A program made the position numbers and the translations under genes. Shown here in pieces: positions 38,813 through 48,282 of a DNA stretch of 53,552 bases. Positions within the stretch are counted from its first letter, which is position 1. Each line of letters starts with the position of its first letter. The notes beneath the pieces are model-generated. The model was not told the origin of the DNA, made no database searches, and saw nothing but the letters and a program-made list of their open reading frames with translations. The stretch lies in assembly GCA_036557505.1 (NCBI GenBank), contig DATBHM010000074.1, positions 1 to 53,552 of the forward strand. The letters are read 5' to 3'. This stretch comes from Actinomycetota bacterium (GTDB taxonomy: Bacteria; Actinomycetota; UBA4738; JACQTL01).

Positions 38813-40081
38813 GTGGACCTGTCACCACCTCGGGGCACCGAGGACCTGCTGCCGCCCGCGTCCACGCGGATGGCCGAGCTGTACCGGCGCTCCCACCGGA
38901 TGGCGCGCCGGTTCGGCTACCGCTACGTCGAGACGCCGGGGTTCGAGCACACCGAGCTGTTTGCGCGGACCGCCGGCGAGACGAGCGACGTGGTCGGCAA
39001 GGAGATGTACACGTTCCTCGACCGGGCCGAACGGTCGTTGACCCTCCGTCCGGAGGGAACCGCGCCCGTGGTGCGGGCCTACCTGCGCAACGCCGCGGAG
39101 CTGGGGTCGCCGTTCAAGGGTTACTACGTGAACGAGGCCTGGCGGTACAGCAAGCCCCAGCGGGGGCGGCTCCGGGAGTTCCGAATCTTCGGGGTCGAGG
39201 TGCTCGGCGTGGCGGACCCCGCCGCGGATGTCGAGGTGATCGCGCTGGCGGCGGGGTTGTTCGGCGACGTCGGCGTCGCGCGGTACGACCTGCAGGTGAA
39301 CTCCATCGGCGACGCCACGTGCCGGCCCGCCTACCGGCAGGCGCTGCTCGAGTACCTGGAGGCGCAGGCCCCGCGGCTTCGTGACGAGCACCGGGAGCGG
39401 TTCCGCGACAATCCGCTCCGGGTGCTCGACTGCAAGGACGAGGCGTGCCGCGCGGTGGCCGCCGACGCGCCCAAGATCACCGACCACCTGTGTGCCGAGT
39501 GCAAGGCCCACTTCGACGCCGTGCAGGCGGGGCTCGCGGAGGAGGGCGTCGCGTTCACGGTGGAGCCGACGCTCGTCCGCGGGCTGGACTACTACACGCG
39601 GACTGCGTTCGAGTTCGTGCACCAGGGGTTGTCGCCGAGCCAATCGACGATCTGCGGCGGGGGGCGGTACGACGGGCTGGCCGAGGTGCTCGGAGGGCCG
39701 CCGACGCCGGGGGTGGGCTTCGGGCTGGGTCTCGATCGGGTCGCGATCGCACTCGAGGAGGAGGGCGTCGAGCTCGCCGACGACGCCGCGGTCGTTGCGT
39801 TCGTCGTGGCGTTCGGCGACGGGGCAGCCGAGAAGGGGCGGGCCCTCGTCCGGCAGCTCCGCGGAGCCGGGGTCCCGAGCGAGATGACGTTCGGCGAACG
39901 CCCGTTGAAGGCCCAGTTGCGCATGGCCGACCGGGCGGGATCGCGCTTCGCCGTGCTGATCGGGGAGCGGGAGGCCGCGGCGGGTGAGGCCACGGTGCGG
40001 ACGCTGGAGGACGGCTCGCAGCAGACCGTGCCGCTCACCGACGTGCCGCAGTGGATCGCCGCGCAGGAACCCGCGTCGTGA
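38813..40081 (+). CDS. hisS: histidine--tRNA ligase
   Basis: PRGTEDLLP, LRPEGTAPVVRAY, FRYSKPQRGRLREF, GGGRYDGL. Confidence 0.92.
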   Translation: MDLSPPRGTEDLLPPASTRMAELYRRSHRMARRFGYRYVETPGFEHTELFARTAGETSDVVGKEMYTFLDRAERSLTLRPEGTAPVVRAYLRNAAELGSPFKGYYVNEAWRYSKPQRGRLREFRIFGVEVLGVADPAADVEVIALAAGLFGDVGVARYDLQVNSIGDATCRPAYRQALLEYLEAQAPRLRDEHRERFRDNPLRVLDCKDEACRAVAADAPKITDHLCAECKAHFDAVQAGLAEEGVAFTVEPTLVRGLDYYTRTAFEFVHQGLSPSQSTICGGGRYDGLAEVLGGPPTPGVGFGLGLDRVAIALEEEGVELADDAAVVAFVVAFGDGAAEKGRALVRQLRGAGVPSEMTFGERPLKAQLRMADRAGSRFAVLIGEREAAAGEATVRTLEDGSQQTVPLTDVPQWIAAQEPAS

Positions 40082-41835
40082 GCGGGTTCGCCACCACGCT
40101 CCGCACCCACGCCTGCGGCGAGCTGCGCCTGGCCGACGTCGGGCAGCAGGTGACGGTATGCGGCTGGGTCGCCCATCGTCGCGACCATGGCGGGGTGGCG
40201 TTCGTCGACCTCCGGGACCGCATCGGCATCGTGCAGGTGGTGTTCCATCCGGACCGCGTCGACCCCGGCCACCTGCGTGGCGAATCGGTGCTGCGGGTCA
40301 CCGGGACCGTGGACCGACGCGTCGAGGGCAAGGAGAACCCCGAGCTCCCCACCGGCGAGGTCGAGATCACCGTCTCGGAGTTCGAGGTCCTGTCCGAGGC
40401 GGAACCGCCGCCGTTCCCCATCGAGGACCGCATCGAGGCGGACGAGACGACGCGGCTGCGGTACCGGTTCCTCGACATCCGCCGGCCCGAGGTGGCCGAC
40501 GGGCTGGAGCTCCGGTCCCGGATGAACGCGGCCATCCGCCGGTATTTCGACGAACGCGGGTTCGTCGAGGTCGAGACGCCGATGCTCACGCGGTCGACGC
40601 CGGAGGGGGCCCGAGACTTCCTCGTGCCGTCGCGTCTGCAGCAGGGGTCGTTCTACGCGCTGCCGCAGTCGCCCCAGCTGTTCAAGCAGATCCTGATGGT
40701 GGCCGGGATGGACCGGTACTTCCAGATCGTGCGGTGCTTCCGGGACGAGGCGCTCCGAGCCGACCGCCAGCCGGAGTTCACCCAGCTCGACGTCGAGATG
40801 TCCTTCGTCGCCGAGGAGGACGTCATGTCCTTGATCGAGCCCATGCTGGCAGGCGTCGTCCGGGAGATCCACGGCGTCGAGGTGCCCACGCCGTTCCCGC
40901 GGCTGGCCTACGACCAGGCGATGGCGCGATACGGCAGCGACAAGCCGGACCTCCGATACGAGCTGGAGCTGGTCGACCTGGGCGAGGCGTTCGCCGGCAC
41001 GGAGTTCCGGGCGTTCGCGTCGGTGCTCGCGGACGGCGGCGCCATCCGGGGGGTGCGGATCCCCGGTGGCGGCTCGTTCAGCCGTCGCGAGCTCGACGAC
41101 ATGATCACCGACGCCAAGGGCCGGGGCGCCGCCGGGCTGGTGTGGGTGGTGTACGAGGAGGACGAACCGCGGTCGCCGGTGGCGAAGTTCCTCACCGGCG
41201 GCGAGCTGGGCAGGGTGGCCGCGGCCGCGGGCGCCACGGCCGGGGATCTCGTCGCCATCGTCGCGGACCGGCCGGACCGGGTGGCGGTGGCGCTCGACGG
41301 CCTCCGCCGGCAGATGGCCGTCCGGCTCGACCTCATCCCCGCCGACTCCTGGTCCTTCGCATGGATCACCGAGTTCCCGTTGTTCGAGTGGAACGACGAC
41401 GAGGAACGATGGGATGCGGTGCACCACCCGTTCACCTCGCCCGTCTCCGACGACCTGACGCCGGAGACCGCAAAGGCCCGCGCCTACGACGTGGTGCTGA
41501 ACGGGTTCGAGCTGGGGGGCGGGTCCATCCGGATCCACCGGCCCGACGTGCAGCGGCGGGTGTTCGAGGCGATCGGGCTCACGAACGAGGAGGCCGAGGA
41601 GAAGTTCGGGTTCCTGCTGCGGGCGTTCCGGTACGGGGTGCCGCCCCACGGGGGGATCGCGCTGGGGCTCGACCGGCTCGCCATGCTGCTTGCCGGACGG
41701 GACAACATCCGCGAGGTGATCGCGTTCCCCAAGACGCAGTCGGGGCTGGACCCGATGACCGAGGCGCCGGGCGCGGTGTCGGAGGCGCAGCTGCGCGAGC
41801 TCGGGCTGCGCATCGTCGAGCAACCCGCCCGCTGA
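40078..41835 (+). CDS. aspS: aspartate--tRNA ligase
   Basis: RTHACGELR, GWV..RRDHGGVAFVDLRD, FRDEALRADRQPEFTQLD, GGGSIRIH, PPHGGIALGLDR. GTGA overlap with hisS. Confidence 0.92.
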   Translation: MSGFATTLRTHACGELRLADVGQQVTVCGWVAHRRDHGGVAFVDLRDRIGIVQVVFHPDRVDPGHLRGESVLRVTGTVDRRVEGKENPELPTGEVEITVSEFEVLSEAEPPPFPIEDRIEADETTRLRYRFLDIRRPEVADGLELRSRMNAAIRRYFDERGFVEVETPMLTRSTPEGARDFLVPSRLQQGSFYALPQSPQLFKQILMVAGMDRYFQIVRCFRDEALRADRQPEFTQLDVEMSFVAEEDVMSLIEPMLAGVVREIHGVEVPTPFPRLAYDQAMARYGSDKPDLRYELELVDLGEAFAGTEFRAFASVLADGGAIRGVRIPGGGSFSRRELDDMITDAKGRGAAGLVWVVYEEDEPRSPVAKFLTGGELGRVAAAAGATAGDLVAIVADRPDRVAVALDGLRRQMAVRLDLIPADSWSFAWITEFPLFEWNDDEERWDAVHHPFTSPVSDDLTPETAKARAYDVVLNGFELGGGSIRIHRPDVQRRVFEAIGLTNEEAEEKFGFLLRAFRYGVPPHGGIALGLDRLAMLLAGRDNIREVIAFPKTQSGLDPMTEAPGAVSEAQLRELGLRIVEQPAR

Positions 41836-41891
41836 TCCGGCTCGACGATTCGCATTCGTTCGCCTACACGAAACGGCCCGGCCGGGTGTTC

Positions 41892-42452
41892 ATGTTCGTC
41901 ATGCTGGGGACCGTGCCGTCGACGCCCAGTCGATCGAGGAGGATCGTGCCGGCCGAGCCATCGGCGGAGGGCGCAGGTCCCCCGTCGTTCGCGGAGTTCT
42001 TCGAGGGCTCGCACCGCGATCTGTTCCGAGCCCTGTATCTGCTGACGGGGAGCGCCGCCGAGGCCGATGAGCTGCTCCAGGAGGCGTTCGTTCGCGTGCT
42101 CGAGCGCTGGGACCGTGTGTCGCGGATGGATCGGCCCACGGGATATCTGTACCGGTGCGCGATGAACCTGCACCGGAATCGTCGTCGCCGCGCGCGCCTG
42201 GTGTGGCACCCGATGGCGAGCGACGTGGACGGGACCGACCAATTCGCGCGGGCCGACGAACGCGACGCGCTGGCCCGTGGGCTGGCCGTGCTCCCGCCGA
42301 GGCAGCGAGCCGCGGTGATCCTCACGGAGCTCCTCGACTACACGTCCGAGCAGGCGGGGGAGGTCCTCGGGGTCAAGGCGGCGAGCGTCCGCGCCCTGGC
42401 GCACCAGGGTCGGAGGGCGCTGCGCGAAGCGCTGGGAGGCCGGGATGGGTGA
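41892..42452 (+). CDS. ECF-type sigma-70 family RNA polymerase sigma factor
   Basis: Region 2 (LLQEAFVRVLERWDRV..PTGYLYRCAMNLHRNRRRR) and region 4 (LPPRQRAAVILTELLDYTSEQAGEVLGVKAASVRALAHQGRRAL). Start uncertain: ATG 41892, or GTG 41946 just after AGGAGG. Confidence 0.8.
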   Translation: MFVMLGTVPSTPSRSRRIVPAEPSAEGAGPPSFAEFFEGSHRDLFRALYLLTGSAAEADELLQEAFVRVLERWDRVSRMDRPTGYLYRCAMNLHRNRRRRARLVWHPMASDVDGTDQFARADERDALARGLAVLPPRQRAAVILTELLDYTSEQAGEVLGVKAASVRALAHQGRRALREALGGRDG

Positions 42453-43605
42453 GTTCACCGAGCAGCTCGAACGACTGGCCGGTCGCGAGGCGCCGGGCCC
42501 GGACGCGCTCGACCGCACGCTCCGCCGCTTCGAACGTCGCCGGCGTCGCAGGCGCGTCGGCGGCGTCTTGGTCGGCCTCGGTGCGACCATCGCGCTGGTC
42601 GCGGGCGTGCTCGTGATCGGGTCGGAAGGAGGCGGCTCGCCGGTCCCCGGAGGAACCGGCACCGGTTCGTCGGGGCCCCGGGCGAGCTCCGTCACCGAAT
42701 CGTCCCCGGCCTCGAACGGCGGCACGGTGACCTACGACGATCCGGCTGGCTGGTCCGTCGCGGTCCCCGACGGGTGGACGGTGACCCCGTTCTTCACGTC
42801 GCACGACGGCGACACCGCCTGGGGCGCCGAGATCTCCAATGTGACGCCGATCGCCGTGGGGGCCATGCCCCGTGTTCCCGTCCAGGCGGTCGCGCACCGG
42901 TTCCCGGACGAGGGCCTCGCGTTGGTCGTGGGCGTGCAGCCCCGCCTGGAGCCGGACGGTCCGGCCGCCGACCTGCCGATCTCGTACCCGGACGGATGGG
43001 CGATGGGAAGCGCCCTCGCCGGCTCGCCGACCCTGGGCGCGATCTGGTTCCGAGGGGGCTCCTCGACCTTCGTCGCAACCGTGAAGTCCGGACCCGACGT
43101 CGCGAGGGCCGACATCGAGCAGCTGACAGCGATCGTCGAGTCAATCCGCGACGACGATGCGGCGACGCCATCGCCGATCGGGACGACGATGCCCGGGAAT
43201 CCGGGGACGCCGGTGTGGGCGCAGATCGTCCTGCCGACGTTCACGATGCCCGCCGGCTCCTCCGCATTCGGAGAGGTCGTCGTCCACAATGGAACCGGCC
43301 ACGCATTGAACGGGAGCGGGTGCGGCAGCCCCTTTGCGGTCGCCCTGGGCAACGACCGGATCACCCCCGATGTGGGCTGGAACGACTGTCTGATGCGGAT
43401 CACGATCCCGGCCGGCGTCTCGAGCTGGCCCGTCACGGTCCGGGCGTCCTATCTCGGGTGTGACAACGGATCCTCAGGGGACTTCCCCGCGTGCGTCGAC
43501 GGACACGTTCCGCCGCTTCCCCCCGGTGAGTACGTCGCGGGGCTCTATCAGCTGCCCACGTTCGTCCCGGATCCCTCGCCGGTCCCTGTGAAGGTCACGC
43601 CCTGA
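42445..43605 (+). CDS. single-pass membrane protein co-translated with the ECF sigma (anti-sigma candidate without a ZAS motif)
   Basis: 8-nt overlap ATGGGTGA with the sigma gene. Short cytoplasmic N-terminus of about 38 aa, R-rich stop-transfer, one TM. About 320 aa of extracytoplasmic region with 5 Cys near the C-terminus. Confidence 0.55.
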   Translation: MGEFTEQLERLAGREAPGPDALDRTLRRFERRRRRRRVGGVLVGLGATIALVAGVLVIGSEGGGSPVPGGTGTGSSGPRASSVTESSPASNGGTVTYDDPAGWSVAVPDGWTVTPFFTSHDGDTAWGAEISNVTPIAVGAMPRVPVQAVAHRFPDEGLALVVGVQPRLEPDGPAADLPISYPDGWAMGSALAGSPTLGAIWFRGGSSTFVATVKSGPDVARADIEQLTAIVESIRDDDAATPSPIGTTMPGNPGTPVWAQIVLPTFTMPAGSSAFGEVVVHNGTGHALNGSGCGSPFAVALGNDRITPDVGWNDCLMRITIPAGVSSWPVTVRASYLGCDNGSSGDFPACVDGHVPPLPPGEYVAGLYQLPTFVPDPSPVPVKVTP

Positions 43606-43641
43606 GGCGCAGTGCGCCGAGGAGATACTCCGTTCGTCTTG

Positions 43642-46074
43642 TCACGGCGCGGCGGAACCGCTCGCCGGGGGCGATGGCGTTCCCTGCGGCCCCACCTGTG
43701 GCTTCGCGGTCCAGACTCCGGCGTCGTCGTCACCGGATGCGGCATTCGAGCCCACCGCCACCAGCGTGGCGTCGTCCTGCGCGATGGTGTTGATCGTTTG
43801 GGCCCCGGGCCCGCCGAGCACCTGCTCGGTCGACACCTCGCGGTTCCATTTCCTGGCGTTGGCCGAATACCAGATCACCGCGTCCTGGTTCCCGTCCACA
43901 GTGCTGGTTCCCGCGGCGACGATGGGCGGCAGGGAGGGGCCGGGAACCGGCGTCGTGGTGAACAGCCGGTCGATGACCTGGTCGCCGGCCCCGCCGAGCG
44001 CGTCGGTCTGTACGCGGATCCAGACGGTGCCGTCGTCCGAGATCCACACGGCGCCGTCGAGCCCGTCGTCCGAGGACGCGAATCCCCCGGCGATGAGCTC
44101 GTCGCCGAACGTCTGGACGTCGGTCATGCCCTGGTCGCCGGGGCCGCCGAGGGCGCCCGAGGGGTCCGAGACCCGCGTCCAATTCGTCCCGTCGGGGGAC
44201 GTCCACACCGCGGCGTCGATGTCGCCGTCGAGCGTCGACGTGCCGACCGCGACGTAGGTCCGCGTACTGCCGGACCGGAGGACCGTGACCCGCTTCACGT
44301 CCTGGTCACCGGGCCCGCCCAGTCCGCCGACGGGCTCGAGCGTCCAGTGCCGCCCGTCGTCCGTGGAGCTCCAGATGGCTCCGTCCTGCGTCCCGTCCGC
44401 CGTGTTCGTGGTGGAACCGACGGCCAGGATCCCCACCGAGGCCCCCGTTCCGGAGGCCCGGTTGATCACCTGGTCGCCGGGACCGCCGAGCGGGGCGTCG
44501 TCCACCCTCGTCCAGGTCTTCCCGTCGGACGACGTCCACACCGCTGCGTCCTCGTTGCCGGACGAGGTGTCGGACCCCACGGCGACGTAGCCCCCGCCCT
44601 TCACCGTGACGATGCCGCTGATCTGCTGGTCGCCCGGACCGCCCAGGTCCGCCTGGCCGGTGACCCTGGTCCACCGCGTACCGTCCGGGGAACGCCAGGC
44701 GGCGGCATCGGTATCGCTCGAGCCGCCGGCGAGCAGGGTCCCGGTCTTGTTCTGGGTCATGGCGTTCATGACCTGTGCGCCTGCCCCGCCGAGATCCGCC
44801 TGCGTCGGAACGGCGGTCCACGCCAGTTGGATCCCGGTGGGATGCACGGGCGGCGACGAGGGTGGGGTGGTCGGTGCGGTGGTGCCGTGCTTGGGCGGGG
44901 GAGTGGACTTGCCCTTGGGGAGCAGGAGCACGATTCCGATCGCCACCACGACGACCACGAGCACCGCGCCGATGGCGCCCAGCGCGGCGCCCCGTCGGTG
45001 GGGCGTCGACCCCGGGGGTGGCTTCGCCGCGACGGTTCGCTGGGGCTGGGCTGTGGGCGCGGCGGGAGGGACCTTGAGCCCGGCGGAGGACATGGCATCG
45101 GAATCGGGATCCGTCCCCTGGCCGGGTGCCGCCCCCCGCGGCACCGGCCTCGCGGACATGGCCGCCGGCGGGATCGGCGGCGGCACGGGCATCGGTGGGT
45201 GCGAGATCGGTCCCGCTGCCGCGCCCCGGAACGCGTCCCGAACCGCCATGACGAATTCGCCGCACGAGGGGAACCGGGCGCCGGGCGCCTTGGCCATGGC
45301 CCGGCCGATCGCCTGGTCGACCCCCGGCGGGAGATCGGGGCGAACCTGGCTGGGGGTCGGCGCCGGCTGGTGGACGTGGGCGAACAGCGTGGCGATGTCG
45401 GAGGTCTCGACGAACGGAACCACGCCTGTCAGGCACTCGTACATCACACACCCCAGGGAGTACTCGTCGGCCCGGCCGTCGACGTCGCGCCCCTCGATCT
45501 GCTCCGGGGCGACGTAGTCGATCGTTCCGACGAACTGCCCCGTGGCCGTCAGGGCACGGCTCGCCTGCGAGAAGCGCTTCGTCAGGCCGAAGTCCGTGAG
45601 GTAGACGTGGTCGGCATCGTCGCTCGACGACCCCGAGGCGATGAGGATGTTGGCCGGCTTCACGTCGCGGTGGACGATTCCCTGGGCGTGGGCGGCGTCG
45701 AGCGCGCTCGCGACCTGTCGAAGGACCGACACCGCGCGGTCCGGGGATAGGGCACCGCCCTGGACGATGAGCGAGCGGAGGTCGGTTCCCTGCACGTAGC
45801 GCATGGCGAGGTACAGGACGCCCTGCGCCTCGCCGGTGTCGTAGATGGGGATGATGTTCGGATGGTCGATGGCGGCGGCCATGCGGGCCTCGCGCTCGAA
45901 GCGGACGCGGAACGACTCGTCGCTCGCCACCTGGGGCGCCATGATCTTGACGGCGACCCGCCGTTCGAGCCGGGTGTCGAACGCGAGGTAGACCAGCCCC
46001 ATCCCGCCCCGTCCGATGACCTCGTCGAGGCGGTACTGCAGCAGCATCGACCCCGCACGGGGCTCGGAGGGCAT
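43642..46074 (-). CDS. receptor Ser/Thr protein kinase with a 7-repeat Asp-box (BNR-like) beta-propeller ectodomain
   Basis: GRGGMGLVY, VAVK, HRDVKPAN, DFG, APE. One TM (GAIGAVLVVVVVAIGIVLLL). Seven repeats LGG[PA]G[DA]Q...VAVG...DAAVW.S.DG..W. ATG 46074 chosen. The 1040-aa track ORF is an over-extension. Confidence 0.85.
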   Translation of the reverse strand: MPSEPRAGSMLLQYRLDEVIGRGGMGLVYLAFDTRLERRVAVKIMAPQVASDESFRVRFEREARMAAAIDHPNIIPIYDTGEAQGVLYLAMRYVQGTDLRSLIVQGGALSPDRAVSVLRQVASALDAAHAQGIVHRDVKPANILIASGSSSDDADHVYLTDFGLTKRFSQASRALTATGQFVGTIDYVAPEQIEGRDVDGRADEYSLGCVMYECLTGVVPFVETSDIATLFAHVHQPAPTPSQVRPDLPPGVDQAIGRAMAKAPGARFPSCGEFVMAVRDAFRGAAAGPISHPPMPVPPPIPPAAMSARPVPRGAAPGQGTDPDSDAMSSAGLKVPPAAPTAQPQRTVAAKPPPGSTPHRRGAALGAIGAVLVVVVVAIGIVLLLPKGKSTPPPKHGTTAPTTPPSSPPVHPTGIQLAWTAVPTQADLGGAGAQVMNAMTQNKTGTLLAGGSSDTDAAAWRSPDGTRWTRVTGQADLGGPGDQQISGIVTVKGGGYVAVGSDTSSGNEDAAVWTSSDGKTWTRVDDAPLGGPGDQVINRASGTGASVGILAVGSTTNTADGTQDGAIWSSTDDGRHWTLEPVGGLGGPGDQDVKRVTVLRSGSTRTYVAVGTSTLDGDIDAAVWTSPDGTNWTRVSDPSGALGGPGDQGMTDVQTFGDELIAGGFASSDDGLDGAVWISDDGTVWIRVQTDALGGAGDQVIDRLFTTTPVPGPSLPPIVAAGTSTVDGNQDAVIWYSANARKWNREVSTEQVLGGPGAQTINTIAQDDATLVAVGSNAASGDDDAGVWTAKPQVGPQGTPSPPASGSAAP

Positions 46075-46184
46075 GCCAGGGTTGTACCACGAGTGGCATC
46101 GCCGCTGGCCGACCCCAGTCGTCCGGGGCGGCAGTGACCCCGAGTCGCCGATCTCCTGCGGCGAACCCTTCGACGTCGCGTGGA

Positions 46185-46221
46185 CGTTCGGCGATATGGG
46201 CGTCACCGTTCGGCGATATGG
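46185..46221. repeat. 15-nt perfect direct repeat CGTTCGGCGATATGG (x2, 22-nt period) in a divergent intergenic region
   Basis: Copies at 46185-46199 and 46207-46221. The spacing is about two helical turns. Confidence 0.6.
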
Positions 46222-46426
46222 ATCAGAGGGAACCCGCGGCCTCTTCGAAGATTCCCGGTCCGGAGGAACCCCCGATCCTCGCCTTGCTGGATCGAATGAG
46301 CTCGGGCCGGTTCCCACGGCGACGCGGTGACACGTTCCGCCCGCCATGGGGAGGGTGACGAGATCGCGGCCACAGGCGCTCCTTCGTGTTCCTGCCCGGA
46401 ATGGCGCCGAGACCGCTCGGCGCTGG

Positions 46427-46891
46427 ATGGACGAGCACGGTCCGCTGCTCGGATGGTCCGTGGGGCCCCGACTCGTCGACTGCTGGCTCGTCCCCCAGGA
46501 CGGCGTGTTCATGGCCGTCGTCGATGGACCCGACGAGTCCTCGTTCGAACCGTTGATCGCGAGCACGGCCGCCGCGTTCGACGTGCCGGCCGACCAGGTC
46601 GAGCTTCGACCGCTCGCTCCGGCGCGGGAGGCCTGGCCGTTTCGGGGCGCGCCGGCGCGTGAGGACCCAACTCGACGCGAACCGCGCCCCACCCGGTGGG
46701 AGCGGATCGACGTGGGAGCGGACGACCGGACCCATCGGGTGCTGTACATCCACGGCATCCCCAACGGGCTCCATCACGTCGAGCTGCATGAGGACGACGA
46801 GGAGGTCCGCGTGACCGTCTACCTCGGGCTCAACCACGACTGGGCGGGGGTGGGTACGTGCTCATCGGGATCGGTGGGTGGACGACGGTGA
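46427..46891 (+). CDS. hypothetical protein
   Basis: High GC3 in this frame, unlike the overlapping minus-strand ORF 46223..46837. No recognisable domain. ATG 46427 chosen. Confidence 0.45.
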   Translation: MDEHGPLLGWSVGPRLVDCWLVPQDGVFMAVVDGPDESSFEPLIASTAAAFDVPADQVELRPLAPAREAWPFRGAPAREDPTRREPRPTRWERIDVGADDRTHRVLYIHGIPNGLHHVELHEDDEEVRVTVYLGLNHDWAGVGTCSSGSVGGRR

Positions 46892-47193
46892 GAACGAGCG
46901 CCCCGGTCGCCCACCGCTACGTCAACGACGGGGCAGACGTTCGCTGACCGTCGGACGCGCCTTCCGTTTGACATCTCCCAGCACATCGGCCGAGGATCGC
47001 CCGGCGGAGCATCGCTCGAGCCGCGGATTCGATGAGCCAGTAGTTCGGATCCGGGAGCCCGGCTCCGGACGTGGTGTCGAGCCCCCGAGTCGGGGTTCGC
47101 TGAAGCGCCCGGGAGGGCACCCACCTACGTGAGAACCAGGTTCACGAGGAAGCGGCGCGAGGGGTGCTCCGCGGCTTCGCGACCACCGGCGGT

Positions 47194-48282
47194 TCAGCGG
47201 TCGTGCATCGGCCCGTTCGAGAGCGACGACCGGTCCCCGATCCACTGAGCGGGGGGGGCCGCGACGAGCACGGCCAGTGCGTCCAGCCGTCCCCCGTACG
47301 CCTTGCGCATCGTCTTGAACCGTTCCCACGCATCGTCCGGCGGCCGGACGGGGATCCCCAGGTCCTTGAAGTCCCGCAGCACATCCTCGAATTCGGAGCG
47401 TTCGATCATCGGCCGGCGCTCCTGGACCCGGAAGTAGAAGAACAGGTCCTCCACCGCGTGCACGCCCGTCCGGTAGAACGTCTGCGCGCCGGGCAGCGGC
47501 TCCTTGTCCATGGTCGACAGGATCAGCGTCGCCGCGTCGAGCACCGCACCGAGCGACGTCACCCACGACGTGTTGTCGTGTGGCGAGCGGAAGAACGCCA
47601 GCAGCGGGTACGACAGGTGCGTCTCGAGGATGTCGGCCGCCCATCGCTCCCATTCCGCGAACAGCGTCGCCAGCCCCTGCTTGTCGTGGGCCTCCGAGGC
47701 GTGCCGGAGGAGCTCGGGCCCGGACGGCGGCGAGCCCGCGCGGGCGTCGAGCAGCATGATGCCGACCTCGCGGCGGTTGAACGACGCGTACAGGACCGGG
47801 AGGTACGCGATGACCACGGCCACGAGCCCCAGTCCGGTCGCGCCCTCGGCGATCACCACCGCACGGGTGGCCCCGGTGGCGACGACGTCGCCGAAGCCGA
47901 TCGTGAACAGCGAGGTACCGCTGAAGTACAGGCACGTCGCGAACGACGCTCCGCCGTGGATCGGGGCGTGGATGCCGTCCGCGAACATCGGGCTCCACAG
48001 GACCAGGGCGTAGCCCACCATCACCAGGAACGCCCACACCGCCAGCAGCACGAACAGGAACCCCGGCGCCGCCACGGCGAGGAACCGCTCGCGGCCCGCC
48101 CGAGTCCGGATCCGGACCCCGATCCACCGCCACGGACGCCAGAAGTTCGTGAACAGCACCCGCGTCAGCCGGAACCGCCGGCTCGACGACCGGGGCACCA
48201 CGATCGTCGAGAAGACGTCCAGCAGCGTGAGGGCGATCAGGACGATACCCACGGGGAGCGCGAGCCATCGCAGGGCGGTCAC
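47194..48282 (-). CDS. potassium-channel family protein (pore loop TIGFGD) with a non-RCK cytoplasmic C-terminal domain
   Basis: The selectivity-filter sequence T-I-G-F-G-D is encoded at 47887-47904. TM helices flank the pore. The GTG start at 48282 overlaps the TGA of the upstream histidine kinase (GTGA). Confidence 0.8.
   Translation of the reverse strand: MTALRWLALPVGIVLIALTLLDVFSTIVVPRSSSRRFRLTRVLFTNFWRPWRWIGVRIRTRAGRERFLAVAAPGFLFVLLAVWAFLVMVGYALVLWSPMFADGIHAPIHGGASFATCLYFSGTSLFTIGFGDVVATGATRAVVIAEGATGLGLVAVVIAYLPVLYASFNRREVGIMLLDARAGSPPSGPELLRHASEAHDKQGLATLFAEWERWAADILETHLSYPLLAFFRSPHDNTSWVTSLGAVLDAATLILSTMDKEPLPGAQTFYRTGVHAVEDLFFYFRVQERRPMIERSEFEDVLRDFKDLGIPVRPPDDAWERFKTMRKAYGGRLDALAVLVAAPPAQWIGDRSSLSNGPMHDR

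Noticed and set aside
46223-46837. 204-aa minus-strand ORF as the real gene in the 46.3-46.9 kb region.
   Set aside because: The plus-strand frame (46427-46891) has much higher GC3 and a more protein-like composition. The minus-strand product looks like a shadow. Neither has a recognisable domain, so confidence stays low.
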